NCBI GenBank assembly: GCA_973895155.1
Contig: OZ316892.1
Span: 6,190,847-6,254,846, forward strand
DNA: 64,000 nucleotides
Origin: Marsupella aquatica
Lineage: Eukaryota > Plantae > Marchantiophyta
Direction of reading: 5' to 3'
The notes beneath the pieces were generated by a model. It was not told the origin of the DNA. It saw only the letters and a program-made list of their open reading frames with translations, and searched no databases. A program made the position numbers and the translations under genes. Within the stretch, counting starts at the first letter, position 1, and every line of letters begins with the position of its first letter. Of this stretch, positions 1-11,143 are shown one piece after another.

Positions 1-1
1 G

Positions 2-1965
2 AGCAGCTGGCTGAGCAAATTGGGGTTTGGGGGCAACACTCGTGCGGCACAAACTGATCCGTATAACAGTCCTGCGCTTGGGCCTGACGATGACAAACCG
101 GGGCCAGGGCTGCAGTTCGCTACATTCGGGGCTGGCTGCTTCTGGGGTCCGGAGCTGGCGTTCCAGAGAGTGCCAGGGGTTAGCAAGACGGAGGTAGGCT
201 ACAGCCATGGGCAGCTGCACAATCCCACTTATGCGGATGTCTGTGAAGGCGACACAGGGCATGCAGAGGTCGTCAGGGTTCAATATGATCCCAATCTGTG
301 CACTTACGATAGTTTGCTGGACACCTTCTGGGTTCGCCATGATCCCACCACTGTGAATCGCCAGGTGAGAAAAACTTCTGTCATCCTCCTTGTTCGTTGG
401 GTTTCATTTCTCTTTTACGTGATGGTCAGATTTCCTCTTTTTCAAGCGTTTGTTATCCAACGTTTGTCGCAGCTTCAACTGGTAGCGAGTCCTGCCTTTC
501 ATTCATACAGCTAAAACAGGGGATTAGAGATTCCGAGAGAACTAGGAAGGTTGTGTGGTAGGTTCCGGGGCGGGGGGTGGTGTTGCTGCAAGGGTTCCTC
601 TGGTGATTTTTATGGGCCTGTGAAAACGGCGCGGGAGAATTTGAGAGCGAGGGATCAAAACGATTGTTTCATTTTCGCTTCATCTGATGGGGAAGGAATT
701 GAATGAACTTCTGAAAGTTATGCAGAGAATAAGATTGCTCTTAGTCAGAGCCTCAGTCATGGTCGATTGCCATAGCAGTTTTCTTGTTCTCTACCGTTGG
801 AAATGGACTGAGCTAGTCGTCCCACAAGAAATCGTACAGGTTACCACTTCGCTGAGTGGGATACCCGAGAAATTCGGGTATAACGTGGGATGGCGACACG
901 AGAAGAAGGCTGTTCGAAGTCATTTTGTAGCGTCAGTTTGTACCTTGTGGTCATTGTTTTTTTGGTTCTGTTTTCCTTCCTTTTCTTTTCCCTTCGCGTC
1001 TTTCGTTCGGAGGTGGCGGAGCTATGTATCGCACATGAGATTTTAGGGGAGAAAAAGGAGGTCTGTCAGGCTGCAGCACTTTCAAAGCTCGATGCGAGAA
1101 AGTTTACACCCTGAATGGAGAGATAAAAACTTGAATGCAGAGATTTATAATCTGAATGTTAGGGGAAACGAAGGAACGCAACGGACGCAATTTGTTCCTA
1201 GTACTACCGTGACAACTATATCGTTACCGAACACTCAGCGCCCCACGGGGCAAAACAAGCCTTGTGACTTACAAATGATTCGAGAGGGTAAGGTGGGCAG
1301 CAGGATTGCAGGGTTGGGATTCCCAGTCCCTGTTCTGTTAGGAAGTGAGCCACGTCGTTATTTGGGCCGAGAACTCGTCTCCTATTGTTTGCATTACTAT
1401 CGTTTGGATTGTTCTTAAATAATGTCAGCTGCTGAAGTTGTTGCACGCAACAGTTCGAGTTGTCTGTCCATGAATTGCGCGCTAGATGGGTCGTTCTAGC
1501 TGACTTTAGGTTGGGGTACGATGCTCGACGTCTGAGGAGAACTGGTTCAGTCAGTGACAGTCTTTTGCGCCCTGCATCTTACATGAATCGCCAGGTTTGA
1601 CCTTTCGCGAGGTGCTGAGGTTGATTATGATTTGCTTGAAGGATTGAGGAGCAATTTATCATATGAAGCCTATAGGTTTTAACAATGACCCGGTGTTTTG
1701 TGGATATGCACAGGGAGGCGATATCGGCACCCAGTACAGGTCAGGAATTTATTACTTCACTCCTGAGCAGGAGAAAGCCGCAAGAGATTCACTCCAGGTA
1801 CATCAAGCTAAGATTAATAAGAAAATAGTGACAGAGATTTTGCCTGCTAAGAAATTCTATAGAGCGGAAGAGTATCATCAACAGTACTTGTCTAAAGGAG
1901 GTAGATTTGGCTTCAGGCAGTCGGCTGAAAAGGGATGCAAAGATCCCATCAGGTGCTATGGCTAA
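2..1965 (+). CDS. MSRA: Peptide methionine sulfoxide reductase MsrA, 5'-partial; exons <2..364 and 1714..1965
   Basis: Catalytic motif FGAGCFWG, plus GHAEVV and HDPT in exon 1. Donor CAG|GTGAGA at 364/365 and acceptor CAG| at 1713/1714 join in phase 0 to give RQ|[13 protein letters not shown]...AEEYHQQYL...CKDPIRCYG*. The frame is open to the window edge ([11 protein letters not shown]), resembling plastid-targeted plant MsrA. Confidence 0.95.
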
Positions 1966-3109
1966 CTCTACTTTAGCAAGTTCTTGATTGTGTGGATCCA
2001 CCCATCGGAGCAGTACATTTGACTCCCTGATTCCTGCTCGGTATTCGGTGCAGCTTTCCCTGCATACTAAGTAGCCACATTACAGCAGAATGTACCGTGT
2101 TAGTTTGTCGGTATATGAGTGATGTATTGATGGGCAGCTTATCAATAGAAAGCTGAAAGGCATAGTCTGTCCATAATTGAGAATGCAAGTCACCATGAGC
2201 GGTGCAGGTTCCGTAGACACCACTCGCTCTGCTCCTTGCCATGGTGGATGTATTTATACTGGTCAAATAAACCTGATGTGATTTTATTCACCTCAAAGAT
2301 TGAATCTCCTTTGTGTCGGCTTTGGCTTCCTGCATACTGTTCAGATACTTCTCGAGAATTTATATATTGAAACAATCTTGAAGCATCCCCCGCTTGGATT
2401 AATGAAGTGTGAACTACTGATTCATGTGTGAATTTTCATTGGGCGTGTTCGTCAGATTTTCGTGTGAGATTGTTGTTCAGAGGGACTTGTAACGTTCCCA
2501 GGCTGTGGTTGTTTGGCTCATGTCTAGTCAGAAAATTCGTCAGAACGGAGGAGGAAGGGGTTTGTGCATCACTTATGGAATGAAAGATGGTCCTAAGAAA
2601 TTTGTCCTAATTGCTTTCATCGACGACATCTATGACGAGCCTAAGAAAATTTGTCATATCACTCTTTCATCGACGACATTTATCACGATGGCAGGCAAAT
2701 TTGTCAGCTGCCCACAATTAAAACCCGAAACTCTTTCTCTGTGAGATATTCGTCTTCTGCCCTTTGAAATAGTAAGACCCTGATCATCTATCAGTAGGTT
2801 CCGACCTTGGTATAGAAGAAAGATCTTTTCTTCTCCCAGGAACGATATGAGCCTATCCTTGAGTACCTAGGTCCCTTTGAAAACAATATAAGACCAGTTT
2901 CCTCCATGTCTCGGTCTAGCACTCAAGAAGAATATAGTTATTTGTGACAGTGCTTTCGCATACCTCAATCTTTGATTTATCAATCTTGCCAAATTACATT
3001 GAGACATGCACAGATAGAAGTAGCACCAACTGATTGAAATTTGAGTTGAATTAACTCAAATTGGGAATCAGTTTTGGGGCTAAAGAAGCCAAGGCAACTT
3101 CTAGTCTAA

Positions 3110-3870
3110 TCGGCTTAAATCTAGTATCTACTGCGTAGGAAGTCAGTAGTCTGCCAATGTTCTTCTCCATTAATTTCTCGGGGCGTTGCCAGATGACGTT
3201 TGCAGTATTCGAGGCAAAATGAGCTTTCAGGTGAGGGTTCAATCCTGCCTTATATGTGCCCGTCACTTTTCTAGGCCAGGCTGTGACATCTACGGCTGCA
3301 AATGCCTCGCCTCAGTCGACGTTGTGCAAATGCATGATCTCCAAGTTGAACATAGAGCCGCAACATTCCAGTGCTTCTCTAATGTCTTCGGTGCTACGAT
3401 GGTAACGGAAATATTGAAAGTATCATATTTCTGTTCCTTCATGAGTTCCTGATAAAGGCAGAGAAGTCACTTCTCGGTCAAGATAAGTGTTCAACAGCTG
3501 AATCACATACAGAGAGTGAAGGAATACCACGAGATTTGAGAACATTTGGTCAGACTCCGTTTTGATGGAGGCTTGAAGACTCACTCCAAGATATTACAGA
3601 CTTTTCCAATTGACCAAAACTGTACCCAAATGCAGAGGAATGTAGGATGTGCATAAAAGTGTCTTTGCTTACCTCTGCAACAAGAGTAATTGAGATTTAT
3701 GAAGGTCTCATTGAACATTGTAACCTTGTAACCAATATCGTTGTCAACCACATTTGGCTCAGAGGTCTCACTCCAATTGAATGAGAGGAACAACAACCCT
3801 CTGAGACCAGCTCGGCTGCTCTAGCTTGAAAAAAACTCTGCAGGTCTAAGGAAGCCTGCTGCTGATAAGA
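3110..3870 (-). pseudogene. SABATH-family (SAM-dependent carboxyl methyltransferase) pseudogene, C-terminal half
   Basis: Manual minus-strand translation: SYQQQASLDLQSFFQARAAELVSEG/LLFLSF (SABATH motif YxxQFxxDxxxFLxxRAxELVxGG). Then ...VAE|gtaag (donor 3672), intron, cag|ELMKEQKYDTFNI (acceptor 3449), matching the usual LVxE|GLIxxEKxDSFNIP intron. Then YHRSTEDIREALECCGSMFNLE and TYKAGLNPHLKAHF...IWQR. Several frameshifts and stops. Confidence 0.72.
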
Positions 3871-3899
3871 TATGGAAACGGCTGACCCCGAATGCTAAT

Positions 3900-4019
3900 A
3901 CCATACTATGCCTTATGTGCATGATATTCCTCGTCAAGAATGTCATCAAGGATCTGCAACCATAATATGCCTTTCTTATATGCAATGGATTCCTAGCCAA
4001 GAATGTCATCAGGGATCCC
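3900..4019. repeat. Degenerate ~60-bp tandem duplication
   Basis: accata...atgcc...attcct...caagaatgtcatca(a/g)ggatc occurs twice in tandem. Confidence 0.7.
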
Positions 4020-5903
4020 ACGACTCTTTGAAATGCACTCCAACTTCCAACCATGAGAATGGAATCGGCATTTTGATTCATAGACTAGCTGCACGGATGG
4101 AAGAACAGAACAGACTACCACTATTGAACGACATCCACTGAATTTTACCTTTTCTGTAAGTTTCTATTGTTATGAAGCAACTCGTCCCTGCCTCTGGGAA
4201 AGATCGTTTCGAATCTCCTTCCATTCCATTGTCCAGGATCGAGATGATGAAGAATAATTTGACGTCATCAATGAATCTAACTAAATAATTGTGATCGAAA
4301 AGTTACTCTCCGGGCCTACGGGCTAGAGTGTGTGGGCGGAAAAAGGTTATCAAGGGCAAGTGACTGTAGAACATTTGAACATGAACGGGGCAACAGACTT
4401 CACTGTAAACTGACAAGTAAGGAATCTGTTTTTCCACAAGGCCCTTTTTGTCCTCACCTCTATTATTTGATGTTCAAAGAGCATTTTCCATAAACCTAAG
4501 TGCTGGAGCTAGTGTGCAATATTGAAAAGGCACTCAGGCGTGGCTATTGTGAATAATTATGGATGACGTACCTTGGACTAGACGACTGAATGGAGAACAT
4601 GCATAGACAAAGAAAGACTCTGCTGGCAACAAATTACTTGACTGCAGAAGCAACATAATTGTTGGCATTTGGAGCTATATTTATGATCATCCCGAAAGAC
4701 TGGAAATAACTGAGGGTAGCTTGAAGGAATTAAAAAACCTTCCACCAGGAGAGAAATCATTTCTTTTTAGAGTCAAACACCAAGAAGCCACGAACACCTT
4801 CAAGTACAATTCACAACTAAGCCTTCAAGTTGTCTTCCTTGCAAAGTAGCGCCTTCCGAGTATTTGTAACTGATATACACAAAAGTACGTATCTATGAGA
4901 GAGCTATTTGTTTCCAGCATCCCCGCTTATAGAGCTGGTAGTACCTTCGCTGTCGTGCTCTGGAAACTTGGAACTGACGATGGAAATTCTCCGGCTCAAA
5001 GCCCTGTGCCGTGCTGGTCAGACTGCCTGTTACCATCGATCCCCATCTCCAGCACTCAGACTTGGTGCAATTAGCAGAATCTATCCTGCGCAACGTTTTC
5101 TTGACGCCGGAGTTGTCATGATTTCGATTCATCAAGACCTTGCCTTGAGGCCTTGCTGTACTTTGCCTTGAGGCCTTGTTGTGATCTATAGCTTGGAGAA
5201 CAAATATGAGACGCGGTTACAAGATTTGAGACATTCGTAAAATCATACAAAGTATCTGTGGAAGAGTGCAAACATTGCGCTCACATACATTGATTGATTT
5301 ATTGTAAAAAACTGAATGCTCTATCCCCAGCACAACGCGCATGCTGCTTAACACCAGGCGCTCCTGCCCAGGCGCAGCTACGCAGCCAGAAGAATCCAAG
5401 ACCGACAAGAAAAGCGGTGCAAGGAAGACACGTGTTGGGAACAGACTGCCTTACACCCGAGTCAGTTTACACAGTACAAAGTAAAGAGCTAAATACAAGC
5501 CCTACGAGAAGAACAAATTAAAGTGCAGTCGGGAAGACGTCGAGACCACACACAGAAGGAAATAATTCACAAGGGAAAACCTTCACACTTGCTCTAGTCT
5601 GAGAAATCTTAGCCTCTCCGGGCAGTAGCTGGGACCTATTTTTCAGCTCGTGTTGAATCTCCAAGTTCTTCACTGCATGGTTCACTAGGTGCAAGGGCTC
5701 CGCATATATCAATCCTTCCAGTCTGATGCAAAGAAGACATGATTTAACTCCTGGTTGCAGTACGTGAAGGCGGTACGATACTTTGCAGCATGGAAGACGA
5801 TATATATATCGAGCTGCTGAAATTGAGGCTGCTTGGCGTGGTCGATCTGCTCGCTTCCGAATACTGGCATTTGCGGCTGCTGAGAGAGGAGAAGCTCTTA
5901 CTG

Positions 5904-8402
5904 TCAAGGTTCTTGCTGCGGTGGTAGTTGTGGAAATTGATTGGTTCCAAGTTGTTGTTGTCCATGCAACATAGGCAATTGTGAAAGTGTCTTCCCGTGT
6001 GATCTGAAAGTCTCTATGATATAGACAATGCTGTGTGCAAGGGTTTCTACGCTCTCTTCACTAAATTCAGGAGACAGACTTTCTCTAGGCATGCTGAAAT
6101 AAGAAATCATGGATTGAATACGATGTAGGTAGCTTGTAAGATTTTGCCGATGCTCTGGAGGCATCGATTCTGTGAATGTTGTTGTAAGCATACCACACAA
6201 CTCCTTCATATCTTGGTAGTACTCGAGCTTGAGCACTTGCAACTTCGACCAAACAACATCTCGATGATCCAAACCTACAGCCCCAGAGTCGCCCCGCGAA
6301 CTGACATAATTGGTAGTGGAGAAATCAGGAAAGTAGTTCTCCAGAAAGAGTTGCAGCTGATTCTGGTCGAGATTGTGGTGCCTTGGGATGTCATAAATGT
6401 TTGGTTCCTGCTGATTCGAAACGCGTAGTTCTTGTGGCCTTTGCTCCTGTGGTTGCTGGTCGTCAGATTGCGACTGAATGTGCTGTGCTCGCTGTGCTCG
6501 CTGTCTTAGTTGCTGAGTTAAGTCCGGCTGCTGCGATTCCTGAACTTGACACTGCACTACTCCTGTCTGTCTGTGATGCAGCTGCTGCTGCTGTGCTTGC
6601 TGGTCGCCAGATTGCGGCTGAATGTGCTGCGCTTGCTGCGCTTGCTGCCATAGTTGCTGAGATAAGTCCGGCTGCTGAGATTCCTGAAATTGACATTGCA
6701 CCACTCCAGTCTGTCCGTGCTGCAGCTGCTGGTCGCCAGATTGCGGCTGAATGTGCTGTGCTTGCTGTCCTAGTTGCGGTGTTAGGTCAGGTTGCTGAGA
6801 TTGTTGAAATTGACATGGCACCACTCCAGTCTGTCCGTGTTGCAGCTGCTGCTGTGCTTGCTGTGGCTGAAGAAAGATCTGCTCTGGCATTGTTGGCTGC
6901 CAAAGAAGTGTTACTCCAGGCTCAAGGCGTTGCAGCTGCTGCTGTGCTTGCTGGTCGTCAAATTGCGGGGGCTGCGGAGATTCCTGAAATTCATATTGCA
7001 TTGACACTTCAGGCTGCCCATGTTGCACTTGCTGGTCGCCAGATTGCGGCTGAATGTGATGTGCTTGCTGTCCTAGTTGCGGTGTTAAGTCAGGTTGCTG
7101 AGATTGTTGAAATTGACATGGCACCACTCCAGTCTGTCCGTGTTGCAGCTGCTGCTGTGCTTGCTGTGGCTGAAGAAAGATCTGCTCTGGCATTGTTGGC
7201 TGCCAAAGAAGTGGTACTCCAGGCTCTAGGCGTTGCAGCTGCTGCTGTGCTTGCTGGTCGTCAAATTGCGGGGGCTGCGGAGATTCCTGAAATTCATATT
7301 GCATTGACACTTCAGGCACTTGCTGGTCGCCAGATTGCGGCTGAATGTGCTGTGCTTGCAGCCCTAGTTGCGGGGTTAAGTCCGGCTGCTGAGATTCCTG
7401 AAAATGACATTGCACCATTCCAGTCTGTCCGTGTTGCAGCTGCTGTTGTGCTTGCTGTGGCTGAAGAAAGATCTGCTCTGGCATTGTTGGCTGCCAAAGA
7501 AGTAGTACTCCAGGCTCTAGGCGTTGCAGCTGCTGCTGTGCTTGCTGGTCGTCAAATTGCGGGGGCTGCGGAGATTCCTGAAATTGATATTGCATCACTT
7601 CAGGCTGTCCATGTTGCACTTGCTGGTCGCCAGATTGCGGCTGAATGTGCTGTGCTTGCTGCCCTAGTTGCGGGGTTAAGTCCGGCTGCTGAGATTCCTG
7701 AAAATGACATTGCACCATTCCAGTCTGTCCGTGTTGCAGCTGCTGTTGTGCTTGCTGTGGCTGAAGAAAGATCTGCTCTGGCGTTGTTGGCTGCCAAAGA
7801 AGTGGTACTAAGCGTTGCAGCTGCAACTGCTGCTGTGCTTGCTGTGGCTGAAGAAAGATCTGCTCTGGCATTGTTAGCTGCCATAAGTGGGGCAGTGCAG
7901 GCTCTAGGGGTTGTCCCGGGGGCCGTAGCAGCTGCTGTGCTTGCTGGTCGCCAGATTGCGGTTGAATGTGCTGTGCTTGCTGTCCTAGTTGCGGAGTTAA
8001 GTCCGGCTGCTGAGATCCCTGAAATTGACACGGCAGAACTCCAAACTGTGGATGTTGCGACTGCGACTGCGACTGCTGCTGTGCTTGCTGGTTGGTAGAT
8101 TGCGGCTGAAGCTGTTGTGTTTGCTGTTCTAGTTGCTGAGTTGCGTCGGCATCTTCTATCTGTTTCTCAAACGGAAGCATTCTTGATGATATCCTCGCAA
8201 AGTAGTCAGAGCAGTCAGTTGAAGTATGAAAGGTACTTTCTTCGTACTGCCGTGCAATCTCCAAAAGCTTTGGCATGCTGTCTTCACTTGAAAGAACGTA
8301 ATATCTCAACAAAGTGTGCATTATGTAGCGGACGGCTTTCTCCCTTGTGTTCTGAACCGGTCCCGAATGCCATGTGTCATTATTGTTGTTGTTGGCGTCC
8401 AT
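5904..8402 (-). CDS. MED15a-like protein: N-terminal KIX domain, expanded Gln-rich repeats, MED15 central helical domain; single exon, 832 aa, lacks MED15 C-terminus
   Basis: First ATG at 8402 (the ORF track starts at an upstream TTG). DTWHS...REKAVRYIMHTL...LLEIARQYEESTF...DYFARISSRML matches plant MED15 KIX (DWR...RQKIVNKIMETL...IAARFEEKIF...DYLRKISMKML). DHRDVVWSKLQVLKLEYYQDMKEL resembles the MED15a central DWQEEVYQKIKSMKETYL block. Confidence 0.8.
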   Translation of the reverse strand: MDANNNNNDTWHSGPVQNTREKAVRYIMHTLLRYYVLSSEDSMPKLLEIARQYEESTFHTSTDCSDYFARISSRMLPFEKQIEDADATQQLEQQTQQLQPQSTNQQAQQQSQSQSQHPQFGVLPCQFQGSQQPDLTPQLGQQAQHIQPQSGDQQAQQLLRPPGQPLEPALPHLWQLTMPEQIFLQPQQAQQQLQLQRLVPLLWQPTTPEQIFLQPQQAQQQLQHGQTGMVQCHFQESQQPDLTPQLGQQAQHIQPQSGDQQVQHGQPEVMQYQFQESPQPPQFDDQQAQQQLQRLEPGVLLLWQPTMPEQIFLQPQQAQQQLQHGQTGMVQCHFQESQQPDLTPQLGLQAQHIQPQSGDQQVPEVSMQYEFQESPQPPQFDDQQAQQQLQRLEPGVPLLWQPTMPEQIFLQPQQAQQQLQHGQTGVVPCQFQQSQQPDLTPQLGQQAHHIQPQSGDQQVQHGQPEVSMQYEFQESPQPPQFDDQQAQQQLQRLEPGVTLLWQPTMPEQIFLQPQQAQQQLQHGQTGVVPCQFQQSQQPDLTPQLGQQAQHIQPQSGDQQLQHGQTGVVQCQFQESQQPDLSQQLWQQAQQAQHIQPQSGDQQAQQQQLHHRQTGVVQCQVQESQQPDLTQQLRQRAQRAQHIQSQSDDQQPQEQRPQELRVSNQQEPNIYDIPRHHNLDQNQLQLFLENYFPDFSTTNYVSSRGDSGAVGLDHRDVVWSKLQVLKLEYYQDMKELCGMLTTTFTESMPPEHRQNLTSYLHRIQSMISYFSMPRESLSPEFSEESVETLAHSIVYIIETFRSHGKTLSQLPMLHGQQQLGTNQFPQLPPQQEP
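6460..8110. repeat. Coding tandem repeat (~300-bp units) inside the MED15-like ORF
   Basis: Anchor ggtcgccagattgcgg at 6602, 6731, 7034, 7325, 7625 and 7946. Spacings are 129, 303, 291, 300 and 321, all multiples of 3. Confidence 0.92.
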
Positions 8403-8570
8403 TTGTTTTTCTTGCAACTAAGAATTGCTTCGAGAAAATCTAAGACTCTAACGAACCAGGCTACACATACAGCACCATGCAACGCACTTCTCCGACGAGC
8501 TCAGGTGGTTAGTCTCTCTCATCAGCTCAACTCGAACGACACTACTTGATCGAGGGAACGAAATTAGTAA

Positions 8571-8865
8571 CGGCGGGCATTGTAAGCACGAAACTACAAT
8601 GCACTGCAACAGGTACAATTGTAACGACGACTTCTATCGAGTAAAGGGACAACAAGGCGTCATCACCCTAAATACCATATATGGATACCCAACAATTCCA
8701 TGGACTACGGCAGGCATTGTAAGCACGAAACTACAATGCACTGCAACGCAACAGGTACAATTGTAACGACGACTTCTTCTGTCGAGGAAAGGGACAACAA
8801 GCTGAACTTGACTGCAAGGCGTCATCACCCTAAACTCCATAGATACCCATCAATTCCATGGACCT
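8571..8865. repeat. ~140-bp tandem duplication upstream of the MED15-like gene
   Basis: ggcattgtaagcacgaaactacaatgcactgcaac...aggcgtcatcaccctaaa...caattccatggac is present twice. Confidence 0.85.
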
Positions 8866-8954
8866 CTTCTATCTTCGAAAAGGGAAACTGCGGAGAGCTG
8901 GACGGTCATAGCCTACAGAACCTTGCTTACAGAACCTCACACCGTGCCCCTCAG

Positions 8955-9132
8955 AAAACCGACGCCAATGTTGGACGACCAAGACATGTCGAAGGCTCTG
9001 ATGTGGTCTTCATTCCGACCAGCCATAAACAAAGCACTCGTCCAAAACCGACGCCAATGTTGGACGACCAAAACTGACATGTCGAAGGCTCTGATGTGGT
9101 CTTCATTCCGACCAGCCATAAACAAAGCACTC
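8955..9132. repeat. ~89-bp near-perfect tandem duplication
   Basis: aaaaccgacgccaatgttggacgaccaa...gacatgtcgaaggctctgatgtggtcttcattccgaccagccataaacaaagcactc occurs twice. Confidence 0.9.
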
Positions 9133-9319
9133 CTCTATTCGATCCCGATCGCCGCTGGAACTTATTGAGAAATGGATTGGGTATGTTGCTGAGAGTCATC
9201 CTCCGTAGAAATAGACTACACGCGCGGTGTGCTGTAAAACCTCTATACACAGCTGTTGAGTAAGGTACGACACTCTTTGAGTATTTCCGAGCAGCAAGGT
9301 ACCAATTTTAATTTTTATG

Positions 9320-9535
9320 GGGATTACATTGCCATGTTTGAATTTATAATCCTGTCATTGTTTTTATTAAGATTAATTTAATTACATTGCCATGACTGTT
9401 TGAATTTTGTAAACCTGTCATTTTTTTTATTAATTGTATTAACAAATAGGACATGGTTTAAGTATATAGTTTTACAAATATGTCATGGTTTAAGTATATA
9501 ATTTTACAAATATGTCATGGTTTAAGTATATAGTT
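9320..9535. repeat. AT-rich short tandem repeats
   Basis: attacattgccatg...tttgaattt...cctgtcatt x2, followed by acaaata(t)g(t)catggtttaagtatata x3. Confidence 0.75.
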
Positions 9536-10534
9536 TCCCTGGTTCTAGGGAACCTTGGTTAACTTGTCATCCAAATAGTGAAATTTTTATTAAAAAAATC
9601 CAAAGACAATATTGTTAATTAGAATATTTTTAATGGAAAAGCACTTAAAAGCTATAACTAATTAATAATTGTGATGAGCAGGGTGATGAGTCACTGAATA
9701 ATGATAGTGATGAGGACGAGGATGAGGAAGAGGTCTTTAACAATGGCTAGTGGTTTAAACACTGACATCTTAGTGGAGATAAATGGGTTTTTATGTCCGG
9801 TTTAATTAGGCACTGATTTTGATGAAATATGGGGAAAACTATTGTTGGTTTGAGCAAAAAATAATCTGGAAAACTGTGAAATATTATTTCAAAATAACAC
9901 AGGAACCTGGATATTGTACTTCTACTACTTCTGACTGGTTGATATTATACATAATGCTTGAAGGTCCATTATGTGCAATGTGGACAACCAATCCAGGATT
10001 TGATTTATTGATATGTTAGTTAATCTTATTCTAAAGAATGGAAAGATGTAATACATGACACCTTTCAAAGCGGCTCGCTAAGTCATTTACCTGCAACGTG
10101 ATAATCGTGAGTAGAAAGACTCACCACCCCCCCCCCCCTAATGCCTATTGAATCTACTACTAGAATTTGGAATCCTGCCAAAAACGGTGGGTCATCCCTT
10201 TACAAACTGACTTTTGGAGGGAACATCTCACTACCATTAGATTTATCCTTTGTTTATCCTTGCCGTTCATAGCCAATTAATAATCAATCTCCCAATCTAA
10301 AGCACACAAGACAAGTAATTTTAGTATACCACAGAAATTCTGTATGAGGGGCATGATGACATACGGGGTCTGTGAGTGTCATGTGTTGCCATTGAGATGA
10401 GGGCACTTGGGACACCATTATGAGGGAAGGGGGGAGAGAGGAGGCCATGAGGGGGAGGAGGAATGTTTCCCTTTACATAGCATCGCGTGAATGCGCCTCC
10501 CTTGGTTGCCATCAATTCTCGCACTCTCCCTCAT

Positions 10535-11143
10535 CACTTTTGCAACATCTTTTTGCATGGATGTTTTTACGTAATGACACATTTTTTGCAACATCTTATG
10601 TGTAATGCACAGGTACCAGCTAGACATGATCACAACAACTGTATATATGGTCGGGAACACACGTAACATGTCTCAATAACTACATCACAAAACTTATGTT
10701 TTCTAGCCTTGCTTGGACAAATTTTTCTCTTCTCAACATCTTATGCCACTTTGACCTCATTATCTGACCACCGCATCTTTTTCTCACACTGAACATCCCA
10801 ACCTTATCTCCTCGACATTTCTTTTATCTTCTCGACATCTTTTCCTCACCTCAATATTTTCTCACCTTGATATTGTTTTCTTACCTTGACATCTTTTTCT
10901 CACCTCCGCATCTTTTTTTCACTTTGACATCTTTATCTCACCACAATATCTTTTTCTCAACCTTCATATATTTTCTCTCAATATCTTTTCCTCACCTCAA
11001 GATAATTTTCTCACCTTTATAGTTTCTCACATTGTCATCTTTTCTGTCCTTGGCATCTTTTTTTCATCTTCACATCTTTTATGACCTCAACATTTTTTCC
11101 TCACCTCAACATTTTTTGTGAAACGCACAGGCATGAGGCTATC
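10535..11143 (+). mobile_element. Degenerate non-autonomous Helitron-like element with GACATCTTT minisatellite
   Basis: Hairpin plus CTAG motif tgtgtaatgcacaggtaccagCTAG (10599-10623) and a decayed copy tgtgaaacgcacaggcatgaggctat (11117-11142) sit next to (gacatctttttctcacc)-type repeats. This is the reverse complement of the array at 61138-62460. Confidence 0.45.

Noticed and set aside
365-1713. Several 70-120-aa ORFs
   Set aside because: They lie within the MsrA intron and have no recognisable motifs.
6383-8098. 571-aa Ala/Val/Leu-rich ORF antisense to the MED15-like gene
   Set aside because: It is the expected shadow of CAG/CAA-rich repeats. The stop-free frame is confined to the repeat tract and has no recognisable domain.
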